Shown here piece by piece: positions 36,601 through 47,450 of a stretch of DNA of 64,000 nucleotides. Numbering within the stretch: the first letter of the stretch is position 1; every line of letters starts with the position of its first letter. Origin of the DNA: Callorhinchus milii. Taxonomy: Eukaryota. The notes beneath the pieces were generated by a model. It was not told the origin of the DNA. It ran no database searches and saw only the letters and a list, made by a program, of their open reading frames with translations. Position numbers and translations under genes: made by a program. The stretch is from the NCBI RefSeq assembly GCF_018977255.1, contig NW_024704746.1, positions 31,372,001 through 31,436,000 on the forward strand, in the 5' to 3' direction.

Positions 36601-37340
36601 CTGCCCTACGGTCTGGTCAGCCTGTTGTATCTTTTCTCAGGGCTCTGTCCTTGGTCCTCTCCTTTTCAACTTCCATATGCTCCCGCTCAGTGACATGAAC
36701 CGCAGAGATGAGGGCAATTTCCACATGTATGCGGGTGACACACGACTCTATCTCTCTGCCTCCGCCCTCGATAACAGGACATCAAGTCCTGGATGAGAGC
36801 TAACTTTCTCCAGTTGGGTCTGTTTGCCTGCATAATTGCAAATACACTTATTATGAAAGGGGCTTTGAAGCTTTTTGATATTATAAGGTGTTCTATCAAA
36901 TGCAAGTATGCTACATTAGAATTTCACCATTGTTAAACCAGAAAACTTTCTCTCCTTTCTATCCACCTGATCTCCCCCTCGAACTAGATGAATGTGAACC
37001 TAGAACATCAGCAGCTCACTCACCAGTCAGTAAAGAATGTGCAGTGAAGAAACATGGACTTGGGATGAAGGCTGGGAACACTCAACATAAGCAAAGCGTG
37101 AATCTGAAGGGCAGCAGGAAAGTGACCAAGCGGAAACTGACCGAGCTGAACTCTCTTTCGGAATGCAATGATGCAAGTGAGCCACGGCAGAAGTCTGGTA
37201 AAACGAATGATGTGAAGTGCATCCCATTGAAGGGTAAAATAGATATGAAAATGCCAATGTCATCAAAGAGAGGCAAAAATGCAGCCAAGAATAAGTTAAT
37301 TCCTGGACAAGGAAAGTTAACGCACTTTTTTAGAATGTAA
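21479..37340 (+). CDS. PARPBP: PCNA-interacting partner PARI / PARP1-binding protein, 10 coding exons, 592 aa
   Basis: Exons 21479-21628, 24606-24839, 25118-25219, 27572-27742, 29534-29688, 31444-31627, 32988-33166, 33588-33672, 35548-35713, 36988-37340 sum to 1779 nt, in frame, GT-AG; [26 protein letters not shown] and C-terminal PIP box QGKLTHFF. Confidence 0.96.
21745..22302 (+). mobile_element. L2-clade LINE fragment
   Basis: YTDDTQLY...[22 protein letters not shown]; (TTG)n tail. Confidence 0.85.
22670..22915 (-). mobile_element. L2-clade LINE 3' end
   Basis: (CAA)n tail and 3' stem-loop shared with 6662. Confidence 0.75.
24606..24839 (+). CDS. PARPBP: PARPBP coding exon 2
   Basis: [18 protein letters not shown]...EMLSV|gtatgt, 234 nt. 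Confidence 0.93.
25118..25219 (+). CDS. PARPBP: PARPBP coding exon 3
   Basis: VQLFDFLSG...[14 protein letters not shown]|gtgag. Confidence 0.92.
25620..26170 (-). mobile_element. Old CR1-type LINE fragment
   Basis: Degenerate CR1 ORF2 antisense motifs (CCAAAACTGAATATAATACTCTAAATGAGG). Confidence 0.55.
26733..27352 (+). mobile_element. L2-clade LINE fragment, internally deleted
   Basis: PQGSVLGP and YADDT coding remnants, then the 3' tail. Confidence 0.85.
27572..27742 (+). CDS. PARPBP: PARPBP coding exon 4
   Basis: [20 protein letters not shown]...QTSLFL|gtaaa. Confidence 0.95.
29167..29285 (-). mobile_element. CR1-type LINE 3' end
   Basis: GATCAGCCATGATCT...CTCCTGTTCCTATGTTCC; reverse complement of 53562-53648. 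Confidence 0.75.
29534..29688 (+). CDS. PARPBP: PARPBP coding exon 5
   Basis: [18 protein letters not shown]...EILGETADS. Confidence 0.95.
31444..31627 (+). CDS. PARPBP: PARPBP coding exon 6
   Basis: [11 protein letters not shown]...GISPAR|gtaaa. Confidence 0.95.
32770..32957 (-). mobile_element. 5'-truncated SINE
   Basis: Tail and core; ends ~30 nt before the PARPBP exon 7 acceptor. Confidence 0.75.
32988..33166 (+). CDS. PARPBP: PARPBP coding exon 7
   Basis: [20 protein letters not shown]...[16 protein letters not shown]...LTLF. Confidence 0.95.
33588..33672 (+). CDS. PARPBP: PARPBP coding exon 8
   Basis: [28 protein letters not shown], 85 nt. Confidence 0.9.
35548..35713 (+). CDS. PARPBP: PARPBP coding exon 9
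   Basis: [17 protein letters not shown]...TSTE G|gtaaa. Confidence 0.9.
36636..36820 (+). mobile_element. L2-clade RT fragment
   Basis: CAGGGCTCTGTCCTTGGTCCT (QGSVLGP), similar to 26785 onward. Confidence 0.75.
36988..37340 (+). CDS. PARPBP: PARPBP coding exon 10 (stop, PIP box)
   Basis: phase-1 acceptor ctag|AT GAA; ends [17 protein letters not shown]. Confidence 0.88.
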
Positions 37341-37508
37341 AATTGTCAGGATTTCTTCTGTTTGTTTAAAAGACTATTGGGTATACTTTTTAAATATTGA
37401 CCTTGTTATTAACTTGAAGTGATTCATTCTGAAATTGTTTTTTAATCAAAACTATGTGAATAATGTTTCCTTGCAGCAATGTAATCAGGCATGCACAATT
37501 TGTAATAC

Positions 37509-37514
37509 TTTATT
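37509..37514 (-). terminator. Candidate PMCH poly(A) signal
   Basis: First AATAAA on the minus strand after the PMCH stop. Confidence 0.6.
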
Positions 37515-37589
37515 AATATAATGATTCCATTGATCGCTCAGTAACAAAATGCAGTTTCACATCATGACTTTGGCTATTAAAGTACGAAC

Positions 37590-37595
37590 AATAAA
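37590..37595 (+). terminator. Candidate PARPBP poly(A) signal
   Basis: First AATAAA on + after the stop (ATTAAA also at 37576-37581). Confidence 0.55.
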
Positions 37596-37709
37596 GTAGA
37601 TTGACATTTAAGCATGCATTTTTCACTATCATTTGATACAAGGAGAATACCTTTTTCTAAACATCATTGATAAAGTTCCAAACAATATTCTGTATATACC
37701 AGCCAGCCT

Positions 37710-37759
37710 TTAGATTTGCCAGCAGGGCCTATATACTCTTCCCAGCATACATCTGAGCA
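37710..37759 (-). CDS. PMCH: PMCH exon 3 (mature MCH)
   Basis: cag|TG CTC AGA TGT ATG CTG GGA AGA GTA TAT AGG CCC TGC TGG CAA ATC TAA. Confidence 0.97.
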
Positions 37760-40700
37760 CTGTGGGACAAAATAGAAAAGGGATGTTAATTTATACAAAT
37801 AATCAGATCGTCATCTTTGCATTTGATATAGTGCTTTTCACATCAGGAGGACTGCATTCCAGTCACAGCCTGGACTATGTAGTTCAAGATCCCAATGAGA
37901 GGTTTAAACCCACAGCCTTCTGACTTGAAGGTGAGTGTGCTCTCAAAACTGAGCCAAATTGTCACTATGTTCAGTGCAATCGAGTTTTATACAACCGTCC
38001 TGCATCATGTAACTTGTGTGTTTCTGGATGCGAATGAAAATATGATTACAAGGTTGTGAGTCAATTGTGTATTTCGAGCTCTTAAGCAACTCTGGACAGA
38101 TCATAAACTGGATTATGCTGGGGTTTAGGGGATATGCAGGAGGTTAGGGGATGTGCAAGGAGGAAGAGAATGGGGAATTTTAGGTGGAGGCTAGCAATTA
38201 AATCAACAGTAATGCAAAAACAATATTAATACAAGGATAATTTCAAAGAATATTGTAATCCTGTTAGCTATATAATAATCCTTACATGTAACAGAATGTG
38301 GTAACCCTACTAGCTGTAAAGAAAATTTGCCTCCAAATAACAAAAATAAATATTTTCTTATTTTCTAATATTTACATATTTGCAAGAGGGCTATTATCCA
38401 GACAACCGCATAGAAATGTATTCAATAACTAGTAGACAAAATCATCAGTTGGCTTCTCTTTTTACACAGTACAGACCCATCCACTACTGCGAGTCATAAT
38501 TCTGAAATGTAGTTTTGGATACTTTGAATGAGAAAATATGTGTCTGTTTTGCATCCACCAGGATTGTAATATTAATATTACATTGGCACTATCCCTGCAT
38601 TATTGGCCTGGCACTGGAAGACATTAAGTCTATTCTATTTTATTGGATTATGGCAGATCTTTTAATCCTATTTCCAAACTTTTTTTCTCCGAATCTCTTA
38701 ATCATACTTCCCGAGTATCTCCATCTTTTAAACATCACAATACATTTTTCATTCACAGCCTTGAGCAGCAGTGAATTCCTTGCTTTCAAACTTTTTTTAA
38801 ATTTTTTTTTTCAAAATTCCTATCCTTCAGAGGATCCAGTTCAAGATCCTGGTCCTCACCTACAAAGCCCTCCATGGCCTCACCCCACCCTACCTCTGCG
38901 ACCTCCTAACCCCCTACCAACCCGCCTGTTCCCTCCGCTCAGCCGGCTCTGGCCTGCTCCACGTCTCTCGAGCCACCCGCCCCACCATTGGCAGGAGAGC
39001 CTTCAGCCATTCTGCCCCCAACTTAGCCTCCTTCAAGTCCCGCCTCAAGATCCTCCTTTTCAGCCATGCCATCGGTCACCCCCCTTCCCCTGCCCTCCCT
39101 TCTAAAGGCGCTACACAAATGTAATGTTGTTGTTTGTGTGGGAAAAAAATTGGAGTTCCTTATCGTGGACAGATTGTCTGACAAGTTGCCACACAGAGGT
39201 GAAGTAATTCCAACACAACACCTTGAAAAAAAGGCAAAGACTCATCTTAAAAAGTTGGCACTCATCTTGCATGGGGAAGAACATTCTTGTGGCAAATGTT
39301 GAAGCCTAGAATAAGTAAATTAATAAATAAAATAAACGAATAAATTGATCGTTTTTGTTGCAGCCCACCCTTCTGTCATTCCATGTCCCTACTCGACTGG
39401 TATTTCAGCATGACTGGTCGACAGAATGCAAAGTACTTACTGTCAAAATCTCTCCTGGTTACAGGAAATTTGCTTATACCTTCCATATCACCAGAACCTC
39501 TTCGAGCCTCTGTTGTCTCAGTCTGCTGTATATTGTCAGATAATTCTGATTTGCCCGCACCTTTGATTACAAAATAAGGTGGCTGTTTCACTGTGGCTTT
39601 CAATGGTGGAGTGGATTTGAGCAGACTTTGGTTGGCAAAATTTAGATGATCTTGAATGATTTTCCAGTCTGATTTATAACCCAAATCCTGAAAAGAAGAA
39701 TGGATGCATAAAACAGTATTATTAATGTAGTGTCACTCTGAAAGCATTTTGTGATAATTGTAGTAGCTTTTACTGATGTTGTAACATGTCGGTATTTCAG
39801 AGGCAGGAACTTTGTGGAAGAACTTTTACCAAATCGTTGTGCAAACGTAGTTGCTGTTTCTCTTCTCCCCTACATTCTCTGCCTCCCCAAAATAATTGGA
39901 TGGTTGTTGTCCACTTGCTGGCAAGCAGAGCATGAGATGCTTGTGATACAAGCTGGTTTACCTTTTAGCAGGGGAATAGTAAGCGAAGCGAGGAGACTGA
40001 AACAAAGATAGGGATGCAAAACAATCATTTAACCTTTCAGAAAGATTAATCCATCTTTTAATTGTTTCTCTGTTCGGGCTAATGTGCTGCTTCTAGTTAG
40101 TATTACCCTTTTATTGGACAACATTTAATTACATGCATTGCAAAAAAAATTATCATGGGATTTTTTAAAAAGATATTTGTAGTTTAAATGTTCTATGTAA
40201 GACACTCTATACTTTGCTCTTAAACCCAAGATTGATGAAATTGATTTAAAATTTGGGAGCACATATAAAGAAACCGCTCCAACAAATTTCTGTTCATCAT
40301 TTTCTTTTAATAAAAAGCCAGTCAGGACAATATTAGGAGCATTACAAATGGCTTCAGTATTCTGGGTGGGAGAGAGGGAAAATAGCCAATATTCACACTC
40401 CCGATCATCTAATGTTTCTTTGGAGAATGGCTATGTCAACATTGGATGAGAATAGAATCAAGATTGGCTCCAATGTTCCTCATAGTAGAATGGCCATTCG
40501 AAGCTCACACATCAAGAGTGACATTTTGGCTGAGGAACAGGATATGACTGTGAGCATTAATGAAATTACACTACAGCATGAGAAGCTGCCTCAGGAGATC
40601 TAGGCTTATTTTTTCTTCTGACCGAATTATTATTTATCAAAGTCTAGCACGCGATGATTCAGAGTTGGAGTTGGTATTAGCCACTCTGAATCATAAATAA

Positions 40701-41195
40701 CAACTCCTTCCAGTAGCAGGGATTCTGTCATGACAACCTGCAAGAACAACAGTCCAACATGCCCAGAAGCAGATTTTGTGATGTACATTAAACCATCAGC
40801 AGGAGTTAACTATTTGTGACTAAGTCACTATAACTGACTCAAATTGAGAATTACTGTATGTAACACTCCCAATTTTTTTGACATTTTACCAACTTCTTTT
40901 GATTAAAGATTTTGGAGTTTGCATTTTCTTATAAATGACAACGTGAAATTGACATGATGAAAAAATAACTTACCGTTATGACGAAGACTTCTGGGTTTAA
41001 TTTGTCATCCAAAAGTGGGTAATGATTGAATAACAGTGAAGCCATTGCTTTTACTGGTAGGTCAGGCTTCTTTGGGTTAAAATTATTTGGTTGCACCTTG
41101 TTTTCTTGCAACCATTCCACAGATTTTGCAGAAGCAGATAACTTTGTGATGACCAAAACCGAGATGAAGAGGACAGTGTACACTGACACAGTCAT
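37710..41195 (-). CDS. PMCH: Pro-melanin-concentrating hormone, 3 exons, 172 aa
   Basis: Exons 40974-41195, 39441-39687, 37710-37759; signal peptide, then RR-DFDMLRCMLGRVYRPCWQI*; intron 2 splits the MCH Met codon as in mammals. Confidence 0.97.
38825..39135 (+). mobile_element. L2-clade LINE 3' end in PMCH intron 2
   Basis: RIQFKILVLTYKALHGLTPPYL coding remnant and (TGT)n tail. Confidence 0.85.
39441..39687 (-). CDS. PMCH: PMCH exon 2 (NGE/NEI-like region)
   Basis: DLGYK...EARRGSGDMEGISKFPVTRRDFD A|gtaagt. Confidence 0.95.
40974..41195 (-). CDS. PMCH: PMCH exon 1 (signal peptide)
   Basis: MTVSVYTVLFISVLVITKLSASAKS...EVFVIT|gtaagt. Confidence 0.9.
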
Positions 41196-41291
41196 TCTCA
41201 CACTGGCTGTAAGTTCTCTCAAGAGCAAGGTTTGCACAGAAACCAATGATGATCAAGAGATGCTTTCTTTGAAGGTACATGTAGCAATGCC

Positions 41292-41299
41292 TTTATATA
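41292..41299 (-). promoter_or_regulatory. PMCH TATA box
   Basis: TATATAAA ~97 nt upstream of the ATG. Confidence 0.65.
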
Positions 41300-44200
41300 C
41301 TTCAACACAATGGAATGACTTCCCGGTGAGTCTACTTGAAGGGTTTATTACCAGTTGTGACCTAAAATGAATGTATAGTCTGATTCATCGTACCAAGAGG
41401 TATTGCCTGATCTACATTTTAATTAACGTTTCAAGGGATTTCATTCCACGGTGACTCTCCTAACATTAGGAACAGCATGTCTAATGTATTTTTATCTGCA
41501 TAATGAATAATACATCTTAGATGTCAAAATGATGGATGGTTACTTCATTCATCTGAAGAATAATGCATTAATGGATCTGATTTAAGAAGGTAAGCTTTAA
41601 AACTATTCTCTGCACTTTGTATTAGATGTGCTGAATGGGAAGTGGAAATTATGGTTTTATTACTAAAAACCAAGAGGAGATGAAAGGAATCTTTTACAAC
41701 AAAGAATTGCTAATCTCTGCGGAATGTGTATCCTGATAGGAAGATCCTTTCTTACCGAAAACATTTTTGCATGATGTTGACCTAGACATAAATCAAATTA
41801 GGAAAAAATAATCATTCTTCATAAAGTAACACTCTGTAGCTAGTATTTGAATTGCAGTTTATTGGATATTGAAAAACTTCGATACCAATGAATTGAGATC
41901 TAACTTATGTAATAATTTTCTTACATGAAAATTGTTTTTAGGGTGCATTACATTTTGGGATTAATCAAAGTTTGTGTCTCCAAATGGTCGATTGGGATTG
42001 ACTTCTTGAAATATCAAGATGTTATTGCTGATTGTGGATCATTACTGTGTGGAAATTGGTTATCGCTTTACATTTTATCATGTGATGCCTTTTGAGAAGT
42101 CCTTCTGAAGTGAAAGACGCCATATCAAATGTAAGGATTATTATGTAGGCAAAACTGCCATTTATTACACATCAATGGATTCTCTAAAATGGTGGTGATG
42201 GGCCTTCTTTCCAACTGAATTTTTCTGCAGTGATTTTCTCAGTGACTTGCTTGACCCATGCAGAGGACAGCCAGAATCAATCAAGTAGTACAGGGCTGGA
42301 GTTGCATATAGACCAGACTAGGTAAGGGTGACATTTACATTGTGTGTAATTTAGGAATGATGGTGAATTTCAGAAAATGTTTTGGCAGAAGAAAATACTT
42401 AGCATTATCAATTCCGAATGTACTGTCATGAAGGACAGATTGGACAGGAATGATTATTGTGAATAAAATATTTCTGATGGCTGATAAATGCTGGAAATGA
42501 AGCGATGAGAACCATTTTCGGAAAAAGACAGTAATGATTTTCTAGCGGCTTGTTGCACGCCAATCTGGGTGGCTCTTCAAATATGTAATGAAAATGGGAT
42601 TATCGAAGGCAAAGCATGCTAAATAGCTTGTCCACTGCTTGAAAGGAATGTTGCGTTCATTTACAGATGTGGATGAATTTAGTGTCTGTTCTGAAAGGTA
42701 AAGATGACACACTCCCAGCCTTTGATTTGGCCAGGGCAAACTTTGGTTCTAGCTTCACAAATTCAAAAACTCGAGTAGGAAAGGAAAATACCACCTTCAG
42801 AACAGAGTCTTAAAAGGTAACAAAAAAAAAAGCTGTCAATCCCCAAATTATCTGCCAGTGGACTAGTTGAAGTAAATCTAAAAAGACAATTAGAGAATAT
42901 TACATATGCCCAAGCATGCAGCCTCCGCATGCACATACACACATTGTGCTTGGACTTACGCCGTGATTTAAATGTTATTTTTCCTTTTATATGTCTTTAG
43001 CCAATCCCCACACAGTAGCCAAAGTTGACAGGAGGAAAATCTATCTTGCATGAGGCCAAGCCAGCTCAACGAGGAAGGGTGCGGTCATGGGTATTAGTGG
43101 CTAGTTCTCCTACACATCAGCTTGTGAAACAATCTAAAATATAAAACAAAAAACATTTTTTTGCCCTGTGTGAACTCTTTATATAATAATAATCCTTACA
43201 TTTGATGTAGCACCTCATGACGTCTTTGAGACCTTTCAAAGCACTTCACAGAATATACTGTAAAATGGATTGACTATATTTTGTGGACGAAACGCATCAG
43301 CCAATTGTGCACAGATCTATGTAAGATCTATGTAGATTCTAATCTCTTTGAACTTGCACATGGTCACTTCCCACTTCTCCCATGCTCAGTGTCACACCCC
43401 ACCACTATACAGTGCTCCAAGACAAAGGGGCTACATAAATTCAAGTTTTTGTTGTTGAGCAATGAGAAATTTGTTTGAATTCAATTTTAAGGAACATTTG
43501 AGCACTTTAATTAAACCATTTATCTCAAAATCGATTTCAAGGTCCTCGCGTCAATCTCCTAGCTCATTCCTCTCCCTGTACCCTCTGATCAGCTAACTCG
43601 TACTTACTACAGGTCCCCTGCTTTACCTGTGCCACCATTGAATGTCAAGCTTTTCAATTTTTGTTGATGTTTTAATGTCATTTCACTTGCATTGGTTTTA
43701 AATTATGGATTTTATGTGCATCAAAAACTTTTTTTTTTGTTGGATTGTGATTTGAATTCAAGGTAATATCGATCATTACAAGATTGGTCTGGATGAAGAA
43801 GGTCCTTCGAGTCATCCATTTGAAGCATGGACACAAGGGATATTGAGCATTTTAGGGTTAAAATTTCTGTCTAGCATTGTATGATGTGTAACTATAATGA
43901 AAAATACCAATAAGGCTGACGTTGCCAAAGGTGCGTCAGGCTCATTCAATTGGTTGCATTGTTGGAGGTATCATTCTTCAGACCAAGCTCCCATCTACCT
44001 GTTCGGGTGGACGTTAAAGATTCCATGGTACTATTTGAAAAAAGAAGGGAATTTCTTCTGGTATCCCGGTCAACAATACCAGAAATAAAACTGATATTTT
44101 CCTTCATGGCTTCTTGTGGGATACCATTTGGTACAAATGCATTGCCATATTCACCTACAAATACAGTAATATCCTGTAACGCCATTTGAGACGTCTCCTG

Positions 44201-44362
44201 ATGTGAACGGCACTCTACCAAATGCAAAATTATTATAATGCTGAATGGAATTTTTACCCATGCATTGCTTTTACGAATGTGGCATATCTGTAGAACGAAG
44301 TGATATGCTATATTTATTTGCAACAATCAATACACCAACACAGGTAAGGTAATTGTGAAAGT

Positions 44363-44368
44363 TTTATT
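44363..44368 (-). terminator. Candidate distal IGF1 poly(A) signal
   Basis: AATAAA followed by CA and a GU-rich downstream element (TGTGTTGGTGTATTG) on the minus strand. Confidence 0.5.
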
Positions 44369-44382
44369 TAGAAACCTCACAG

Positions 44383-44497
44383 AGGCAAAGATACACATAC
44401 ACTAAAGATACTATAAGTAATATTTCTCATTTGAAAACAGGCAAAAGATACAGATGTACACTGAAGATTCTATACGTAATATTGCTCATTTGAAAAC
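44383..44497. repeat. Diverged two-copy tandem duplication (56 and 59 bp)
   Basis: AGGCAAAGATACAC...CTCATTTGAAAAC twice. Confidence 0.85.
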
Positions 44498-45362
44498 CGA
44501 TACCATCAAAGTATGCAGAACTAGAGTATTCAGGTTAAAGTTTTTTTTTCAGTGTTCACACAAATTGAGATATAGCATTACAACAATCTTAAAACTTATT
44601 TTTAAACTTTTTTTTCCCTACCTGCTTTCAGTACTGTAAAATTCTGTTGTAATTTGCCCATTGAATGTAAACCGGCAACACAAAGAAGGGGGAAAAAATA
44701 AATTTTAATGGAGTGTTTAATTACAGCTTCAATTTTTATTTTAGTGATCTTATGGTAAAATTTATTTTCTAAATTGTCCAGAGTGGGACTGGTTGTTACA
44801 GTGAGTTGGTACACTATGCTTTCACCTCCAGGTCTCTGTTAGAATACAGCCCAGAATGAAGTAATGCCACTCTCTCCTCTCTACCACATATAAATGTATA
44901 TGAAATGAGTTTGCCCAATAGCCATTGATTCCCAGCATAGTATTGTTTGTAATTTTGCAACAGGATTGAAGTAGCCTGTCTTCACGGAAGTTGGAGCTAA
45001 GATTGTTCAAGCAATGACCTGCGACACATCTGGGATTCGCTATTTACTAATCCTTTTGCAAGTCTCAATATCCCAATATCACTCAAACAAAACTACAAAG
45101 GCTGCAGTTGTAAGAAATAAAAATTGAGGTGATGTCGTAGGGATGCTCTTTTGCAGTTAAATTGGGGTAGATGAGAGGGAGATTTACTCTGCATCTGATG
45201 CTGCCATTACCTGACCTTGGAGTGCTTAAAGCTGACACTGGATTCTTAAACAAAATATTGTTCTGACATTCATTTATTGGGCAATTAAAAGGAATCACAA
45301 ATTCATGAAGTTAGTAACAATTTAAAATTATTTTCTCAGCAATACTACAAATTATTAACAAA

Positions 45363-45780
45363 GTGCCAGTGTGGCTCAGTTGGTAGCACTCTTGTTTTGG
45401 ATTAGAAGATTGTAGGTTCAAGCCCCACACCAGGACTTGAATTCCTAATCTGAGATGACAATTCAGTATTATGGGTGCATAGTAATATGGGTATGCTGGA
45501 TTATTGGAAGTGTTGTCCTTTGGATGAAATGTCAACCCAAAATAATGTCTTCTGGTTCAAGTAGACTAAAGATCCAATATATAATTTTGAAACAGGAAGT
45601 TCCCATAGTGCCTTGGCCAATATTCTTCCCTCAATCAAAATTCAAGAAAAATAGATTAACTTTGGTCATTCATCTCACTGTTTTTTGAGATGTTGCTGGA
45701 ATAGAGAAGCTGTTGTGCTTGTCTGCATAACAGTCATTGCATAATGTGCTTTAATGTGATAAGACACTATATCAAATTTA
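45363..45780 (+). mobile_element. Old DeuSINE (SacSINE1/AmnSINE-like)
   Basis: tRNA head TGGCTCAGTTGGTAGCACTC...GGTTCAAGCCC, Deu-like body and tail. Confidence 0.75.
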
Positions 45781-47335
45781 ACATTTCCAACTGCAATGGA
45801 ACTGAAAAACAGTCTTTACATTTTGTCACAATACCTAAATAAATAAAAATGGTAAATCTGTTTGTAATTTGCAGATACATAATCCTTAAGAGATAGCAGT
45901 GAACGAAAATGGTAAATACCATGCTGTCCTTCGATTGATCTTGAAATATGAGGCATTCCAGGTGCGTGTCAATTATTTTGATATGACATTATCATATTAC
46001 ATTACTAGCTCCATATGTTCTGCATATCAAAAATATTGAATCAATATTGTTTCAAAACAAGTTTTTCTACAAAACAATATTCCATCCAACACTCTAACCT
46101 TAAAATAACAAAAGATGCAATAGACTTTGCAAAATTACTTTCATATTGGCTATTTACAAAATTAATAAATAAACAGCAGTCCCTCTCTGTATAATATCCT
46201 GTTTTAATTTGCACGATGCAAGTATCAAAAGTCACTTAGAAAAAAATTACATTTACTGCACTGATATTTTTTTTCCAACACTTTGTCACGGTTTGTCCTG
46301 ACATTTACCTAAAACTTATAACAGATGAAAGTCATCTATTTGAACTTACTCATTTTCAACAATCAAAACAGAAATTACATATGGAATATTTTAATCCTCT
46401 TGTAGGATCCAGGGTTGCTAACTTAACTAAATGCAACAAAATATGGTGCAACTGTACATGGCTATAGTTCTAGGGATAACATTACTTTGCTTAATATACT
46501 TATATAGTTTCACAAAAAAGTTGGAAAAATTAAAAAGGCTAGTTTTGAAATGCTAAGACACTTTCATAACAGATCATAGGTACAAAAATAAAAGTGGGAT
46601 TTATTTTAAAACACATTTTGAATTGTTTGAGAAAGTGTATACGGAAGACAATGGTACAACATAATTAAGAGTTTTGAGAAAGTAAAGTACATCATACTAT
46701 ACTACATACTATGCTGCTCTGCCCATGCCGGGAATTTAAACACAACATTCAAATACAATAGCTGAAAACCACAGCAAAATAAAAAGCTTAAATCTACATC
46801 TGCTCTATGTGCATATGAAAATCTTACCAGAAATCAGGCTATTTTGTTTAACAGTTTTTTTTGTATTCCTTATTTTCCCTAACATCAAGTATTTTTACAA
46901 TAATAAAAAAATAGCACCATGGTATTGAATAGATTATAAGTATTGCTTAAGTGTACCGTTTCAGCCTGTATATTGAATTTAGGGTGCAAATCATAGCGAG
47001 AAGCTGGTTGAGGGTTATATTGTAATTACAGATTTGTAGCAAAATCTTTAAAATGCATGTTTTCCAAATTGCACTAAAGTAGAAAAAAGAAAATATGCAG
47101 CATTCATTTTTTTCAAAATTAACAATGTAATGTTTAAGCAATGAATATGGTTTCTATTTAGAAAGGTTACAATTTTATTGAATGCATTAATACATAAGAA
47201 AATTATTTGCAAATGGAATGTCATTGTTACTAATGAGAGGTTAAGTAGCTCCATTTAGCCCAACATTTTACAAACATTGAAGAGGAACATATATCTATCT
47301 GGTCTGGAAGCTGATATTCTAATGGGACTATAAAG

Positions 47336-47450
47336 AAACACAGCAGATACTGGAAATCTGAAATAAAATCTCAGTATTGGAAATTCACAGATCAATTTGA
47401 AAGTTAAGGTTAATGTTTTTAGGTACAACCTACCTGCATTTCTGTTTTAT
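47336..47450. mobile_element. Degenerate remnant of the Penelope-like terminus
   Basis: AAACACAGCAGATACTGGAAATCTGAAATAAAA resembles 2357-2405. Confidence 0.5.

Noticed and set aside
39376-39440. PMCH exon 2 read-through giving DFDSKYFAFCRPV...
   Set aside because: A consensus donor A|GTAAGT and a perfect exon 3 exist; the read-through is intron sequence
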